The notes beneath the pieces were generated by a model that was not told the DNA's origin, did not search any database, and saw nothing but the letters and a program-made list of their open reading frames with translations. Below, piece by piece: positions 13,219-26,912 of a stretch of 64,000 nucleotides of DNA. Positions within the stretch are counted from its first letter, which is position 1, and the number at the start of each line of letters is the position of its first letter. The position numbers were made by a program, and so were the translations under genes. This stretch comes from Haliotis rubra (taxonomy: Eukaryota). The stretch covers positions 3,844,001 to 3,908,000 of the forward strand of contig NW_025766447.1 of assembly GCF_003918875.1 (NCBI RefSeq), read 5' to 3'.

Positions 13219-14119
13219 CTGCAACATCCACAGGAGATTCATATGTATGATCTCCATAGGAACCTGTTAAAGTCCATGTTGTTAATACTCCGTACTCTGA
13301 TGCAACGGACCAACAAACCAACCAACTCATGCAACATCGTTTGAGTGAAGATGTTAGGACACCTCAATACAAGGTCACATAAACCGAAGAACACTGGAAG
13401 GTTTACTCTTTTCAATTAGATGTTTATAAAACTTACCAAATCTATCCTTCAGATCTGGGTGAGCACCGTTTTGAAGGAGGAACTTTGCAATATTTACACT
13501 CTGCCCATCATTGGTAGCCAGATGAAATGCTGTAATTTTAGAATCGTCAGCCTGGAACAGGTAGAAACGGGATGGTTGAGGTGAATGTACATCGCTCTTA
13601 GCCACACCACAGCAAAGAAAAAAATGTCATCTAGGAGCTTTATGTCACTGTTGAAGACAACCTTGTTTGAGGATCATATATTTGTTTCTCCAAGACCTTA
13701 GTAAAACCATAAAGTGGTTTGCAAGTACTACAAAATCAGAAGCAGACCCTTAAATACTTCATAGCATTTCATAAGTAGATATTTTTTTAATGGAAAAAAT
13801 GATCCTGTAATCTGTTGAAATGAGCAAGGATTGACCGACCGAAGTGATAAAATTATGCACTCAAGCATTGTGAGTTTTCATGCAATGTTATGACACAATA
13901 ATTTTCCTGTATCAACACAAAACATACAATTGCTAAAATACCTACAAGTTGTTTTATGACGCTCCCAATACCATACTTTTTTGTCAAATATTTCAAGTTT
14001 TCTACTAAAAATAGCCACTACAATCATGTGCCTACAGTTAGCTTTGAAACCTGCTCTGAAATATTTATGATCAAGAAGTTTTTTCACAAATGTATGTGAG
14101 TCTAAGAGGAGTGATGATG

Positions 14120-14155
<36 letters not shown>

Positions 14156-17100
14156 CAGGGTGGTTTTTTTTCACCCATTTTGTTCAGGGAGCTAGGGGTC
14201 ATCAAATTTGTACACATGTACTACGGGGTCAGCAATTTTGCACATATAAATATGTTTAAAATTATGCTTAGAAATTATGGGAGGGGGTGGTGGGGGTATC
14301 ACTTATTTTGTACATAATAATTTGTACATTTTTTTATTTATTTAATTATTATTATTTATTTTATTTTTATTTATTTTTATTTTATTTTTTGGGGGGGGAT
14401 TCACATTGTACATGCTTCTCCATAAAATCAGCTTCACTCCCCCTAGCCATAAATAATGAATGGTCCCTAAGTACTCCATCTTGACCTTAGTATCATGATA
14501 CCTATCATGAACTTGCTCTCCAGCTTCACCCTCGCAACATATGTTGCTACTCACTGCATTAACATCAGCCCCGGCCTTTATCAACGCTTTGATCTTGTCC
14601 AGCTTCTTCAAGCTGACGGCAAACATGAGGGGAGTTGCTCCTTTCTGGGTTCTCTTGTTCACGTTACAGCCCGCTGGAGAAATAGTACAATATGGTGTCA
14701 TGTGTGTTGTGTTAAGTAATATATGTGACATTGTATAAAAGTTAATGGCAGCAAAGGAATGAAGTGATAGTGAAAACATCAGCTGCAAGGAGTGATCAGA
14801 GTTATCTACCCCTGGTTGTAAACCTTCATGGCAGGAAGTTTCTAGAAAAGGTCTGTACCTATATAAGGGAGGTAAGAGAGCTATCTGAGGCCTTTTCCAA
14901 CCTGACTTGTCTCTCATCTACTTGTCAAGTGGGGACTGGATTAATAACAATAATAACATTAAATATGTATAGCGTTCGTATCCAGTGATCTTCTAGGAGT
15001 TCTACATTGACTGGAGTCTATTCAAACACATCTTTCATGTACATGTATGTTCAGCTATTATTACCAAATAGCTACAAACTTCAAACACCATTCTGAATTC
15101 AAGCGTGAAGACATTCCAAAGTGCAGAGGCAATAATTCTAGAGGTTGTTACTTATCACTGCTGGCAATTACATGACCTTGACCTAACAATTTGTATGGCA
15201 ATATAATTTATTGACAATTCTTGGGTGGTCATTTACATTTTAGGCTTATTATTAGCTTCTGATCAGGTCCAGATAAACTCCTGTACTCTGTTCATCCAAC
15301 AAGGATGTCTACCAACGTCAGATCTTACTGCTAGCTTGTAAGCCCCAGGATAGTGGCAGTGTCACTTGGCTATCCGGATGTTGAAGGCCTTCTGTCTAAT
15401 GGACCTTCACATTATACTAATTTCAACCAAAACATTTGTGTCAGAGAGACATTTTGCTGAAACACATCCCTTATCATTTTTTCACATCACATTTCCAGGG
15501 TTTTACACAATACAGAACAGAAGATCCAGTCCCCCAAAATGTACAGAATGGATGTAACACCTCAGCTGAAAATATTTCAGTTCCAGAATTCCTCAAAGTG
15601 GAATTAAAATAGACTGTGTGTTCAACAAACTTAAAGTCGATGACTGTCAATTTTTCAAGAATGTTTGGCTCCTAAACATAACATATAAAATGAAATATCC
15701 ACGTACCTTCCACAAGTCGGTTGACGACCTTGACACTGACCCTGGGCTGCATCATGGCATGTCCCAGTGCTGTTGTGCCCTTGATGTCTTCCAGCTCCAG
15801 ATCTGCTCCCGCCCCAATCAGGGCATCCACCAGGTTCAGACGATTCAGGCACACTGCTTCGATGAGAGCACTACGCTTGCTGCTGGTCTGACTATTCAAA
15901 TCCACGCCTGGTGAAGTCAAATAAAATGGAGTCTAATATCACGCTCAAGATTACGAGGTCTCCAGCCACTTATATCCTCTCTCTACTACTGGATAGGGTG
16001 AGTGAGTATGGTTTTACACTGATTTTAGCACTATTCTAGCAATATCATGGCGAGGGACACCAGAAATGGGCTTCACATATAGTACCCATGTGGGGAATCG
16101 AACCCGGGTCTTCGGCGTGACAAGTGAACGCTTTGACCACTAGGTTACCCCACCTTCCCTACTGGATAGGGGTGAAATGATACACCTGTGCACTGTGACT
16201 TTCAACGCAACATACAACACACAAAATGCTTTTTCTTTATCAACAGAAGGCGATATACTTGCTAAAATACTAACTGCTCGTTTAATAACACTCCCCATCA
16301 CCTTTTAATTTCAAGTTGACCAACTAAATAGCTGCAAGAAACAAGCATCTACAGCTGACGTTCCCTTTGGAACCTACTCTGAAATGTTTGTAGTCAAAAG
16401 GTTCCCAAGCGATATGGCACCTCTATGACAGCAATATCGATAACAACTTCCTTTATTTCGTGAGAGTGACGTTGTGATACAGATTCTTGCACTATTGTGA
16501 AGCAGGAATGTGAAAACAGTACAGGAATCTGCATCGAATCATCTCACTCACGAAATATAAGAAGTTTTTATCCATAAAGTTTGTTCAATATTGTACTTCC
16601 AAACTTCGAAAATGCCACCCAATGAAGTTCTATGACCGCAGCCTGTAAACACTATAAATAAGTCTGGTGCACACTCAATTTGATATTGAAAGCAATGATC
16701 CATACCATCAGGGAACATGATCCATACCATCGGGGTACATACCATCGGGGTACATACCTTCAGGGTACATATATACCATCGGGATACATACCATTGGGGT
16801 ACATACCATCGGGGTACATACCATCAGCGTACATACAATTAGGGTACATAACGGGGTACAAACCATTGGGGTACAAACCATTGAGGTACATACCATCAGG
16901 GTACATACCATCAGGGTACATACCATCAGGATACATACCATCAGGGTACATACCATCGGGGTACATACCATCAGGGTACATACCATCGGGATACATACCA
17001 TCAGGGTACATACCATCAGGGTACATACCTTTGAGGTACATACCATTGAGGTACATACCATCGGCGTACATACCATCAGCGTACATACCATCAGGGTACA

Positions 17101-20100
17101 TACCATTGGGCTACATACCATCGGTGTACATATCATCAGGGTACATACCATCGGGTACATACCATCGGGCTACATACCATCAGCGTACATACCATCAGGG
17201 TACATACCATTGGGATACATACCATCAGGGTACATACCATCGGCGTACATACCATCAGGGTACATACCATCGGGATACATACCATCAGGGTACATACCAT
17301 CGGGGTACATACCTTTGGGGTACATACCATTGAGGTACATACCATCGGCGTACATACAGAGGGGTACATACCATCAGCGTACATACCATCAGGGTACATA
17401 CCATCGGGGTACATACCATTGAGGTACATACCATCGGCGTACATACAGAGGGGTACATACCATCAGGGTACATACCATCGGGGTACATACAATCAGGGGT
17501 ACATACCTTCAGAGTACATACCATCAGGGTACATACCATAGGGGTACATACCATCGGGGTACATACCATTGGGGTACATACCATCGGGGTACATACCATT
17601 GGGGTACATACAATCAGGGGTACATACCATCAGGGTACATACCTTCAGGGTACATACCATAGGGGTACATACCATCGGCGTACATATCATCAGGGTACAT
17701 ACCATCGGGGTACATTGCACTGGGGTACATACCATCGGGTACATCCTATCACTTTACATACCTACAGGGTACAATGACCCTCAATCAATTAAGCCACCAA
17801 GTCTGACCACCTTATCCATCTACATGCATCTTACATGGAGGTTACATAAGTATAGGTTGGGACCAAATTCTTACCTAGAATCCCCACTATGTACACCAAA
17901 ATAGTCTTCATCCTACACCAAATTACCAACCTTTTCCTATGAGGTACTTGACGACATCCTGTCTGGCGGCAGCAGTAGCGAGGAAGATGGGGGTCCGGTT
18001 GTTTCCGTCCTTAATGTTCATGTCAGCACCATGGTAGCACAGAACTGTTATCGTCTGACATGTCAAAACACTAGTATTAGACATCCATGACTGTTTTAAT
18101 GTTACCTTCAAGAGTAGAAACGTCTGTAGCCTGTGTTTACATGTATTTTGTTCAAGCTATTTTAGTTAATAACAATTCAGATTAAAATCTCTTGATAATA
18201 AACAGTCCCAGACTCATAATGTTTTAGCACAAGCTGTCATAGGAAAGTTTTATCATCGTTTCCTATAATTTAGGGCATATCATTTCTACACACTCCCCAT
18301 TCCCCATAGAAATAGAAGTGGCACCAATGTGTCCTACAGTGAAATATTGTTTACTTCATGTCATGAAACCACCATTGTAAAGTTATGTTAGCACTTCTAT
18401 GAACAAGAACCATAGAGTTACATGGCAGAAAACATTACAAAGTTAATACAGTTACCAGTAAATGAGTAAATAAGACTTCCCTCTCTACACACCACCAATG
18501 CATAAAGAATAAGTACATTCTACATTCCTTCATCACTCATGAATATGGTGTAGAGGTGACATGTCATTTTTTCTTAACGAATGAAATGAGGTCTGGTATA
18601 ACTCATAGAAGTAAAATGAGCTGTACCCTGTGTCTGAGTTCACAGGGCTATTGTACATGCTGCACTGGATTTAAGGCAGGAAATGATGTCATGCAATGTA
18701 TACCGAGTGATAACTGGTCTAATATAACCAACCTGTATTTGGATTCATAGGTTAAAAATAGGGCCTACACTGTATATTATCCCAATGTATTCACGGGCAC
18801 TGGATGAATGTAGTACATCCAAAGCTGGAGTGAGTGAATGAGTATTGTTTTATGCCGCTTTTAGCAATATTCCAGCAATATCAAGGCGGGGGACACCAGA
18901 AATGGGTTTCACACATTGTGCCCATGTGGGGAATCGAACCCGGTTCTTCAGCATGAAGAGCGAATGCTTTAACCACTAGTCTACCACACATACCTGTAGG
19001 TATTGATAATACTGTACACTGCAAAGCATTTTATATTGGAGTCCTCACCTCCATGTTTGAGTGCAGCACAGCCACGTGGAGTGGACAGTACCTCTTCATC
19101 TGGATGTTGCGGAACAGGGAGGGACACTTCACCATGCACGCCTCACCTGCAGTACAGTACATGCTGTAGTATATGTCATCGTCATGGCTACCACCAAACA
19201 TTCAGCACTTCACTAGCAGCCACTGAAGGGAACATGAAACAGGACTGAAATGTTTGGTAAAACAAATTCTGGAGCCAACACAAGCCTCTGAGTTTTGAAT
19301 TATTTAGCAGTGAATTGCAGTAATCTAGTTGGTATATTATGATATTTAAGTTACAAGAGACATTTGGTTGTTTGACTGTGCTGTTCAGAGCTGATTTTGC
19401 TGATATTGGGGATGTGAAAGAAATATGATTTGCAGGCATGCTCCCCACATGACACGTTGCTTTGAACAAACGCTAATGTCTATTGCTGAGAGAGATATTT
19501 AGATGTAAAACAGTTCGAACATAATTTCCAGAGAGATTCAACATATTCCTCAAGTGATATGTTGGATAGAAAGATAATGCCAAGGTCTCTTGATTTTTCA
19601 ATAGAAAGTCCCAAGGTAATCTTTCAGTGTTTGCCATGACGCAGAAAACCTGCGTATTTGACGTACAAATTATCTCAAATACTAGGGGTAGGTATTGCAG
19701 AGAATATTCATATTGCGATATATTGCGATGCAAAAGCATGTATTGCGATATGCATTGCAATATATTGCATGAAGTATTTTTAAACAAAACACTACTTATA
19801 ATCGAGTTACTGCTTGATTTATAGAGCAAAAACACAACAAAATCACTATGCTTGATTAAGCTTTAATAACAAATTTTAATCATGATAAATAAAAATGTGA
19901 ATAATATTTGGCACAAATGAAACAAGGAAATATCCGAAGATTTCCGAGTGTTACGACGTTTTCCGAATGCATGTCAACCGGTTTTCGATCAGCGTATCAC
20001 AATACGTATCCTTTTCATGTCTGAACCGGTAAATACCGGTAAACCGGTTATATTGCGCAGCCCTATCAAATACACAGTGATTTTAGAAGCTCGCGTCATT

Positions 20101-21837
20101 GTTGATGCATTGCTACTGGGCCCTTAGTTCTGATAATCTAAACTTCGGTTTCTGTGCAAGGAGTTTAATGTTTGCCAGTTAACTGCTCAGTGCTGTTAAA
20201 TACCTGACCTGCCTTACCTTGTTTTTTGGGCACTAGGCCAGACCAAGTTTATTTCTTGTTTTACGGATCTGCCTGTCGTATTTTTTCAAGAATAAGATAA
20301 AAAATAAAAAATAATTTTCACCGTTAAAAAAATTAAATCCTAATGTTTTTAGGGCCAAAAATGTAAACTTACAAGAAAATTGCTTTTAGATTGTTTTTTG
20401 CCCCATATACACTTCATAAACTGCCAAAAGTAAAATACTTTTGACTATTACTTTGACTGGTGATTTTATTTTTTATTTTTTTTCCCTCCTGCCTTTAGGT
20501 TTTCTGAGGACAAAAATCTGCAAAACAAGAAAAAAATCTGCAAAACAAGAAATAAAATTGGTCTGGACTTATTAAATAATCACAGCTGATTTCTTCATGA
20601 AAGTGACAAACCTGAAGTTGACTCCCAAAAACATGTCCATGACTCCCTCTCATGACACCAGGGAGTCATGATGACTCCTAAACATTTGTGCCACTGGGCA
20701 AACACTGATCTTTAGCACATGAAGTACTGGTTTTAATGCATGACCTGGCTGATCGTGTATTATGACCTCAACCTCGCTGCTCATGCTGTCAACAAATGTC
20801 TACTTGCATCCACAGGCAACTGAAGATTATATTTTCTTTTGTCTGATGATAATAACAAATTATTCATTTTCCAAAACCCTGTTAACAAAAAAAACCACTT
20901 ATTCAATCTGCTCTATTCATGATGGCAATAAATCGATCAGTGAATGATTTAGATTACTACACAGGGTAAATATTAAAAGATCTACACCTCAGCTGGGCAC
21001 CAAACCATGAAAAAAGCATGTTTAGTCTCCCCATAACTATTATACCAACAGTGTTACCACTAGGGGTGTCACGATACACCAATCTCACGATACGATACGT
21101 ATCACGATTTTAAGGTCACGATACGATACGTATCGCGATACATAATTTTCGCGCCTTTTCATAGCATTACCTTACCGGCAACGTACGCGCTTGCTGATTG
21201 GTCCATCAAAATAGTCTAGCCAATCACAAAAGCTGTTAGTTTCCAACCTGTTTATTAAGTAAAGCTAGCTACATCTATTTATCGGAGCGATCTCGTATAA
21301 TTTTACTATCAAGACTTTGAAGGAGATGGATATAGCATAAAAATTTGAATCGATAAAGTTGTAAAATAAGAATTGATACGCGCAAGCATGTATCGCGTAT
21401 CGTATCGTCAGTAGAAATATATCGATGCATCGATACATTCGCATATCGCGACACCCCTAGTTACCACATTGTTTTAATCATATTTGACAGACTTCCCCCA
21501 AACACAAGCAGTATCTACCATTAGATTCTCAATAAGTAGACCTCAATAACACAACATGATAAGTGATCTCTGTCTGAAGTGGGAAAAAGAAACATATGAC
21601 ATCCTGTTACAGCCGACCTGTGTGTACCATGTTGACATCGGTTCCATGTCTCAGCATCAAGCTAATCTTGTTCACATCGTTAAGTCGGACAGCTTTGAAT
21701 ATAGTGTCTTCTTCCTCAGTGGGGAGTTTGACAAACTCATCACTGATTCCTTTTGAAGCCACAGAGTTAGCCTCGTCTTCATCTTGAAGCAGAAAGGGTG
21801 GAGGGAGTCGGTTCTGTAACTGTTTTAAAATGGGCAT
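12917..21837 (-). CDS. Ankyrin repeat and SOCS box protein (ASB-like), join of 7 coding exons, ~415 aa
   Basis: Exons 21618-21837, 19049-19146, 17931-18054, 15707-15907, 14486-14673, 13437-13551, 12917-13218 all have GT-AG junctions with matching phases and total 1248 nt. Ankyrin motifs (CPLHVAV, TPIFLA, TPLMFA, TAFHLA, TPLENA) and a C-terminal SOCS box (PKSLKRLCR...LQLPQSLKDFL). Specific ASB orthology cannot be assigned. Confidence 0.9.
13437..13551 (-). CDS. ASB-like coding exon 6 (ADDSKITAFHLATNDGQSVNIAKFLLQNGAHPDLKDRF)
   Basis: Ankyrin repeat; TTCCAG acceptor, G|GTAAGT donor. Confidence 0.9.
14122..14153. repeat. (GT)n microsatellite
   Basis: Direct reading. Confidence 0.95.
14486..14673 (-). 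CDS. ASB-like coding exon 5 (AGCNVNKRTQKGATPLMFAV...AGADVNA...HDTK)
   Basis: Ankyrin repeat; TTTCTCCAG acceptor, AAG|GTCAAG donor giving phase 0, which matches the next exon. Confidence 0.82.
15707..15907 (-). CDS. ASB-like coding exon 4 (GVDLNSQT...LIGAGADLELEDIKGTTALGHA...RLVE)
   Basis: Ankyrin repeats; CACCAG acceptor, G|GTACGT donor, phase 1-1. Confidence 0.9.
15999..16158 (-). mobile_element. SINE family A, full length with 13-bp TSD
   Basis: CTACTGGATAGGG at 15986-15998 and 16159-16171. Confidence 0.92.
16702..17745. repeat. 15-bp minisatellite in ASB intron
   Basis: Unit CATCAGGGTACATAC; source of the GYIPS/MVCTP/MYPDG ORFs. Confidence 0.97.
17931..18054 (-). CDS. ASB-like coding exon 3 (TITVLCYHGADMNIKDGNNRTPIFLA...KYLIGK)
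   Basis: Ankyrin consensus; TGTCAG acceptor, G|GTTGGT donor. Confidence 0.88.
18828..18990 (-). mobile_element. SINE family A
   Basis: Same head, body and tail as the other copies. Confidence 0.88.
19049..19146 (-). CDS. ASB-like coding exon 2 (GEACMVKCPSLFRNIQMKRYCPLHVAVLHSNME)
   Basis: CTGCAG acceptor, GAG|GTGAGG donor, phase 1 to 0. Absent from the ORF track but completes an ankyrin repeat with the next exon. Confidence 0.88.
19683..20065. mobile_element. hAT-type MITE
   Basis: TAGGG...CCCTA termini; 8-bp TSD TCAAATAC at 19675-19682 and 20066-20073. Confidence 0.85.
20234..20571. mobile_element. MITE with ~35-bp TIRs
   Basis: TAGGCCAGACCAAGTTTATTTCTTGTTTTAC pairs with GCAAAACAAGAAATAAAATTGGTCTGGACTTA. 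Confidence 0.75.
21061..21459. mobile_element. hAT-type MITE, young
   Basis: TIR TAGGGGTGTC(A/G)CGATA, subterminal CGATA repeats, 8-bp TSD GTTACCAC on both sides. Confidence 0.92.
21618..21837 (-). CDS. ASB-like first coding exon (MPILKQLQNRLPPPFLLQDEDE...TDVNMVHT)
   Basis: TTTCAG acceptor before 21859, first in-frame ATG at 21837, donor G|GTCGGC (phase 1). The start codon choice is inferred. Confidence 0.75.
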
Positions 21838-22580
21838 TAAAGATGCATTCAAGAACACACTGAAATTCTATATTATCTACATTCTATATGTATCTATATA
21901 TACATTCTATTGATTGCATAATTCTTTGGGCTTAAATATATTTGAAGAAACAAAACTATTCAATTTAGACTTAATCAAACCAACTGATGACATAACAAAT
22001 TTTGTTTCATTTGTTGAATTAATACTTACAAAGTTTCCAAGATCAACCATTCTTGCAGGCTATTCCAGGAAGGTAGCTGCAACAGAAAGTGTAGACTTGC
22101 ACAAGTCTCTAAGGCAATAATTAACAGTTTAAATGATAATTTCTAAAAAATATACATACAAAGAACACAGTGCTCTCAGCTTATCTAGACTTGCCTTTTT
22201 AAAGGTTGGAATTACTAAGATATCCATAAATGGGCTTAGCATTCAGTACAACTTTGGAGCAAGGTTACAGAAAGTGTAACAGCTGTTCATGAGGACAATA
22301 CACAGTGACAAGAGTCCACTGTCCGGTGCTGGTCTACAAACAATAGCTATTGTGGTTAAGGTGTGTGGATGTTGAACAAGTACTTTCATATTCCTTTTCG
22401 ATTTGATAACATTGGATAATGCTGAGAATACAATCACATCTTGTGTAACTGTACAGTTTGGGTTATTCTGTGTACAGAAATTTTAATGTTGTAACACTGT
22501 TTTAATGCAATGTACATTGTCCTTACATGGTGACCATAGCCACATCCTCAGTTTGTGCTCTTCCCTTCTTTATGCATATC

Positions 22581-22818
22581 CAGGGATGGAAAAAACCCAT
22601 TGCCCGACGTCCGAGTCCAGTGTTTGTATATCACACTGTACCGGTGTCCAGTTGACTTTCCAATGTTACTTATGTTGTTTATTTAAAAAATCAACAAGAA
22701 AACGTCCGGTACAGAGGAAAAATTATCAGGGCAAGTGATTTTACATGTGCCACTGTACCAGAGTCAGAGACCATATGACCAGAGTACACTAGCAATCTTA
22801 AAGTTATTTCCACCCCTG
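22581..22818. mobile_element. Probable hAT-like MITE
   Basis: CAGGGATGGAAA / TTTCCACCCCTG termini; no clean TSD. Confidence 0.5.
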
Positions 22819-23689
22819 ATATCTCGGTGCAAATAGCTGCAAAATTGCTGATGCGGCATCAAGCAATATTTACTGACTCATTCTTCATCCTCCTCAACAA
22901 CCTATACATAGTTATTTACACTTTGTACATTTCCTGGGATAGATGTTTCTTCCCAAATCTTGATATGTTACATCAACTACTATGCAGAAATAACATGTGT
23001 ATTAGTTTCATATGGTCAGTGGTGTCCTCGGTATACTAATTACATTAATGAATATTACCCATCGAAAATAATTAATAATCTTAGTACGGACAGTTAGTCA
23101 GTAGTATGTTTATTAAGTCACTTATCTTACACAAAATCATATCAATATCTTATTTTATTTATAACAGTGCAACAAAAATATTCATTCCTTAAAAATATGT
23201 ACCCAACACAACAAATTGAAACAATGCTATCTTCCATGAGTAGAACTTTTTTTTAAAAATACATGAAGGAACCTGTTGTAGTCAATATCTGTGCAGGTGT
23301 TTAGAAAGTATGATAAATCGTTATTTGGGAAACACCTTCACTTCAGGGTTGGATATCTATATTTAGCTAATCTGCGTCATTCAAGGCGTGGACACATCCA
23401 TATAAGGAAATTGAACAACACATGAATGGGCGCTGTCAAACAGGCAACGATTACGTAAACAGGTTGTGTCTCACGTTGGCAAATGAATCGTAAACAAATT
23501 AAAGCAATACCATCTACTGACAATTGTCAGTCACGTAATGTTCCGCAATCTCCAGAAATTTGGACTTGAAAAGGCGGAACTGGGGCTTCCATAGTTTCGA
23601 GTTTTTTTAATCAATTCATAAAATGCTGCCCACATCGGATGTATACTTGCTAATGGTTGTTTGATGGGCACGTTAGATGACATACTTAC

Positions 23690-23925
23690 GTGACCATTTG
23701 TAGGTGGCCCCTGTGTAGGTGACAAACAGGTACAGAGTTGTCAGAGTGACAATGATTCGCAAACTTCGAAGGTGTTCTCGTCTGCCGCTTCTGACATCAG
23801 TATTCTGAAACCGGATTGGTTCTGTGTACACAACCTAAACCCAAAGCAGATTAATGAAAACAGTACGGATCTAAAACCGGAAATAGTTTGATGGGATTTT
23901 ATGTGTTTCAATTTGCGGAAATAGT
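23690..23925 (-). promoter_or_regulatory. Putative non-coding first exon (~23690-23800) and promoter of the ASB-like gene
   Basis: Donor C|GTAAGT at 23689 on the minus strand, CpG-richer segment, CCAAT (ATTGG at 23815-23819) and ETS-like CCGGAA/GCGGAA motifs. The TSS is not determinable. Confidence 0.4.
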
Positions 23926-23965
23926 TTACCCTTCATGAAATTTCCTTCCGATTATGCACTCTAAG

Positions 23966-24328
23966 CAGGGCCCCAGATAATTTTTCAACATCAGGAAGTA
24001 CGTACGTACTCCTTATTTTTTCAATATAGGAGTACTGGAAAAACTTAAAGAGTACATTTTAATACTGAATGGAATTTAATGGCATATAAGTAATCATGTG
24101 TTTCGTTTCATATGTGCACCACAACATTGCTACTCTAAACAGCTATTGCTAAACAGGTCAATAAACAATAAAACAACACTCTTTCAGATAAATACGTCTG
24201 TGAATGATTCCAAGACCGTACAGCATTGCTGTGGTGCGTATGTGCTACGTTTTCTAAATTATTTCCTACCGTATCGTGCGTACTTTTTACCCGTACATAC
24301 GCCGATACGGCCCTTATCTGGAGCCCTG
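23966..24328. mobile_element. Probable hAT-like MITE
   Basis: CAGGGCCCCAGATAA / TTATCTGGAGCCCTG termini; no clean TSD. Confidence 0.6.
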
Positions 24329-25002
24329 CTGTATGACTATATTGTCTCGATATTTCAAGCAAATAATCATTTGGCCCAACATTTGTGTCTGTAGCTAGAT
24401 GTTTGGTTGTGTACTAGTAAATGGTAAGTTGGCAATCCGGCAACCAGTGTTTAATGATTTGTAAGTGATTGTCATTCATAGGAGGGAATCACGTCACCTT
24501 TACACGACCTTGTGAATAATATAATGTTGGCCTGCTTGTTACCAAACAATTTTGCCTATGAAGCCTTCAAAACTATGGCTTATATTTATGTATTTTACTG
24601 ACGCTTCTTTCAGTAAGCCATAACATATAATGTTACTGGTCCCGTAAACTGGCTCGTTCGTTGGATCACATCACTGCTGAACGCGTGACCAGGTGAGTCC
24701 ATTCCTGGCGGTTGTCTGCTTGCGACCACTTATTCTGTTCACAGTCCATACAGTGTTACTGTTTGCCCCTTTTCTGCCCCTGTCTTAGGAAGCCTCTCAG
24801 ATCTTTTTATGTGAACATACCTTCTTATTTTCCGGGTTTTTTTCACACTGATCCGGTGTTCATACTGTGTGTGCAGTCTGACACAATTCCTGACTTCTTC
24901 ATTGCTTGAAAAAAGTCTTATGAAGCATTTCAGTTACCCTGCTTGAATCCTTGCCACAGATAATTAACTTATACTAATCTAACAGAAATAACGACATTTT
25001 GA

Positions 25003-25600
25003 TGATTAATCCAGTTATCTAGTCTATAGGTACAACAGCTGACAGTCTGACCACTGATTCAGTTATCTAGTCTATAGATACAACAGCTGGCAGTCTGACA
25101 GTCTGACAATGATTCAGCCATCAGGTCTATTGATGCAATCAGCTGGCAGTCTGACCACTGATTCAGTTATCTAGTCTATAGATACAACAGCTGGCAGTCT
25201 GACCACTGATTCAGTTATCTAGTCTATAGATACAACAGCTGGCAGTCTGACCACTGATTCAGTTATCTGGTCTATAGATACAACAGCTGGCAGTCTGACC
25301 ACTGATTCAGTTATCTAGTCTATAGATACAACAGCTGGCAGTATGACCACTGATTCAGTTATCTAGTCTATAGATACAACAGCTGGCAGTCTGACCACTG
25401 ATTCAGTTATCTAGTCTATAGATACAACAGCTGGCAGTCTGAACAATGATTCAGCCATCCGGTCTATTGATGCAACAGCTGACTGTCTGACCACTGATTC
25501 AGTGTATAGATACAACAGCTGACTGACCACTGATTCAGTGTATAGATACAACAGCTGACTGACCACTGATTCAGTCTATAGATACAACAGCTGATGGTCT
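25003..25600. repeat. 48-bp tandem repeat with shortened distal units
   Basis: Unit TGATTCAGTTATCTAGTCTATAGATACAACAGCTGGCAGTCTGACCAC. Confidence 0.95.
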
Positions 25601-26912
25601 GAACAAGTAACCATAAGGTATTATCATTCTCATTGTGTTGTTACTCAAGCTGTATATAAAAAAAATTCACAAAGAAAGTGAGGTCTATCTTTCATTTGTT
25701 ATCTTAAATGAGACACATGTTTAAATAAAAATGACACAGGTTTACTGAAAAATGACATTTATTTTATATTATCACACATTCTGAAACTGTATTTTCCATA
25801 TTCATTCTCATATATACAAGACATGATATAAGTACATGAGTTCACTGTACACACTTTCTACAGTTTGTACAGATTGTGATGAATGCATGGAGCATGTGAC
25901 GTAGGCTGAACCTGTCACTACTACATGTACTGCAAGCCCTCCTTGATAAAATCCAATACATTGTGATCACAACAACATGAATAGGTGGTCAGAAGTTATG
26001 TTTCAGAAGAATATGTCTACTATCAGACAGAAAAGTAAGCCTTTCTGGTTAGAGATTATAATCATATTCCCAAACATACCTACATCAATGGGCAATGACT
26101 TTAACATTACACATAAAATATTGTGTCTGTTGTAAAAGAAATTTGAACCACTCACCATTATGAAATCATGCTTGATGAGAACATTTGCTACATGTTTTCA
26201 GGTATAAAATGATAAAAGTGAAATTTTGTTCATGCTTCAAGTACCATGATAACATATAAAATAAAACAATGATGAAACCTTATTGTATTGGGTAAAATGA
26301 AACAATTTTGAAATTTTTTATCATATGAAACATTACAAGTGAAGGGCTCTTCCTCAAATACAGCAGATGTCTGTACAAAGTGTCTGTACAAAGTGTGGTG
26401 ATAAGGAGTGGATGCTCCACACCTACCAGGGCTGGTCACCTCAGAAATGACCAGTCAAACTCAGTGCTAAATGCCCTATGTCCCGCTTCTGTCACTGTAA
26501 TGGCTATTATGTGCCCTACGAAGCTAAAGAAGTAAACAGTAAGCAAACCTAAATGCAAGTTTGAATCACCCTTAAGAAGTTACATTTACATGTGCTGACT
26601 GACACTGTGAAAAAACACTGAGAAAAATATTACAACTTACAGATTTATCACCGGCATAGAAAATATTTGAATACTTCATAGTGAAAACAGACTGTGACAA
26701 GAAAAATCACAGCCAATACTTTCCTATAATGACAACTTGAAATGAATTAATGTCAGGCAAAGTACACCAGCAGCATGTCTGTATTTAACAATGCAAACAA
26801 AGTCATCCTATCAGATATACACTACACAACCTTTATATTATTTACATGACAGCACAAGGGATATCACTATCAAAGGCTGGGACATTGTATTCAGTCTTCT
26901 GACCATGTATCA

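Noticed and set aside
16680-17904. Long GYIPS / MVCTP / MYPDG repeat ORFs as a structural or shell protein
   Set aside because: Several frames on both strands are open because of a stop-poor 15-bp minisatellite with frame-breaking units, and it lies in an ASB intron.
19188-19469. 93-aa ORF as a gene
   Set aside because: Contains LDYCNSLL, typical of a decayed L2/CR1 RT remnant, and is intronic.
21782-21784. Alternative ASB start or acceptor at CAAG|ATG
   Set aside because: That ATG is out of frame with the ankyrin repeats; the upstream TTTCAG acceptor plus ATG at 21837 gives a cleaner model, though not a proven one.
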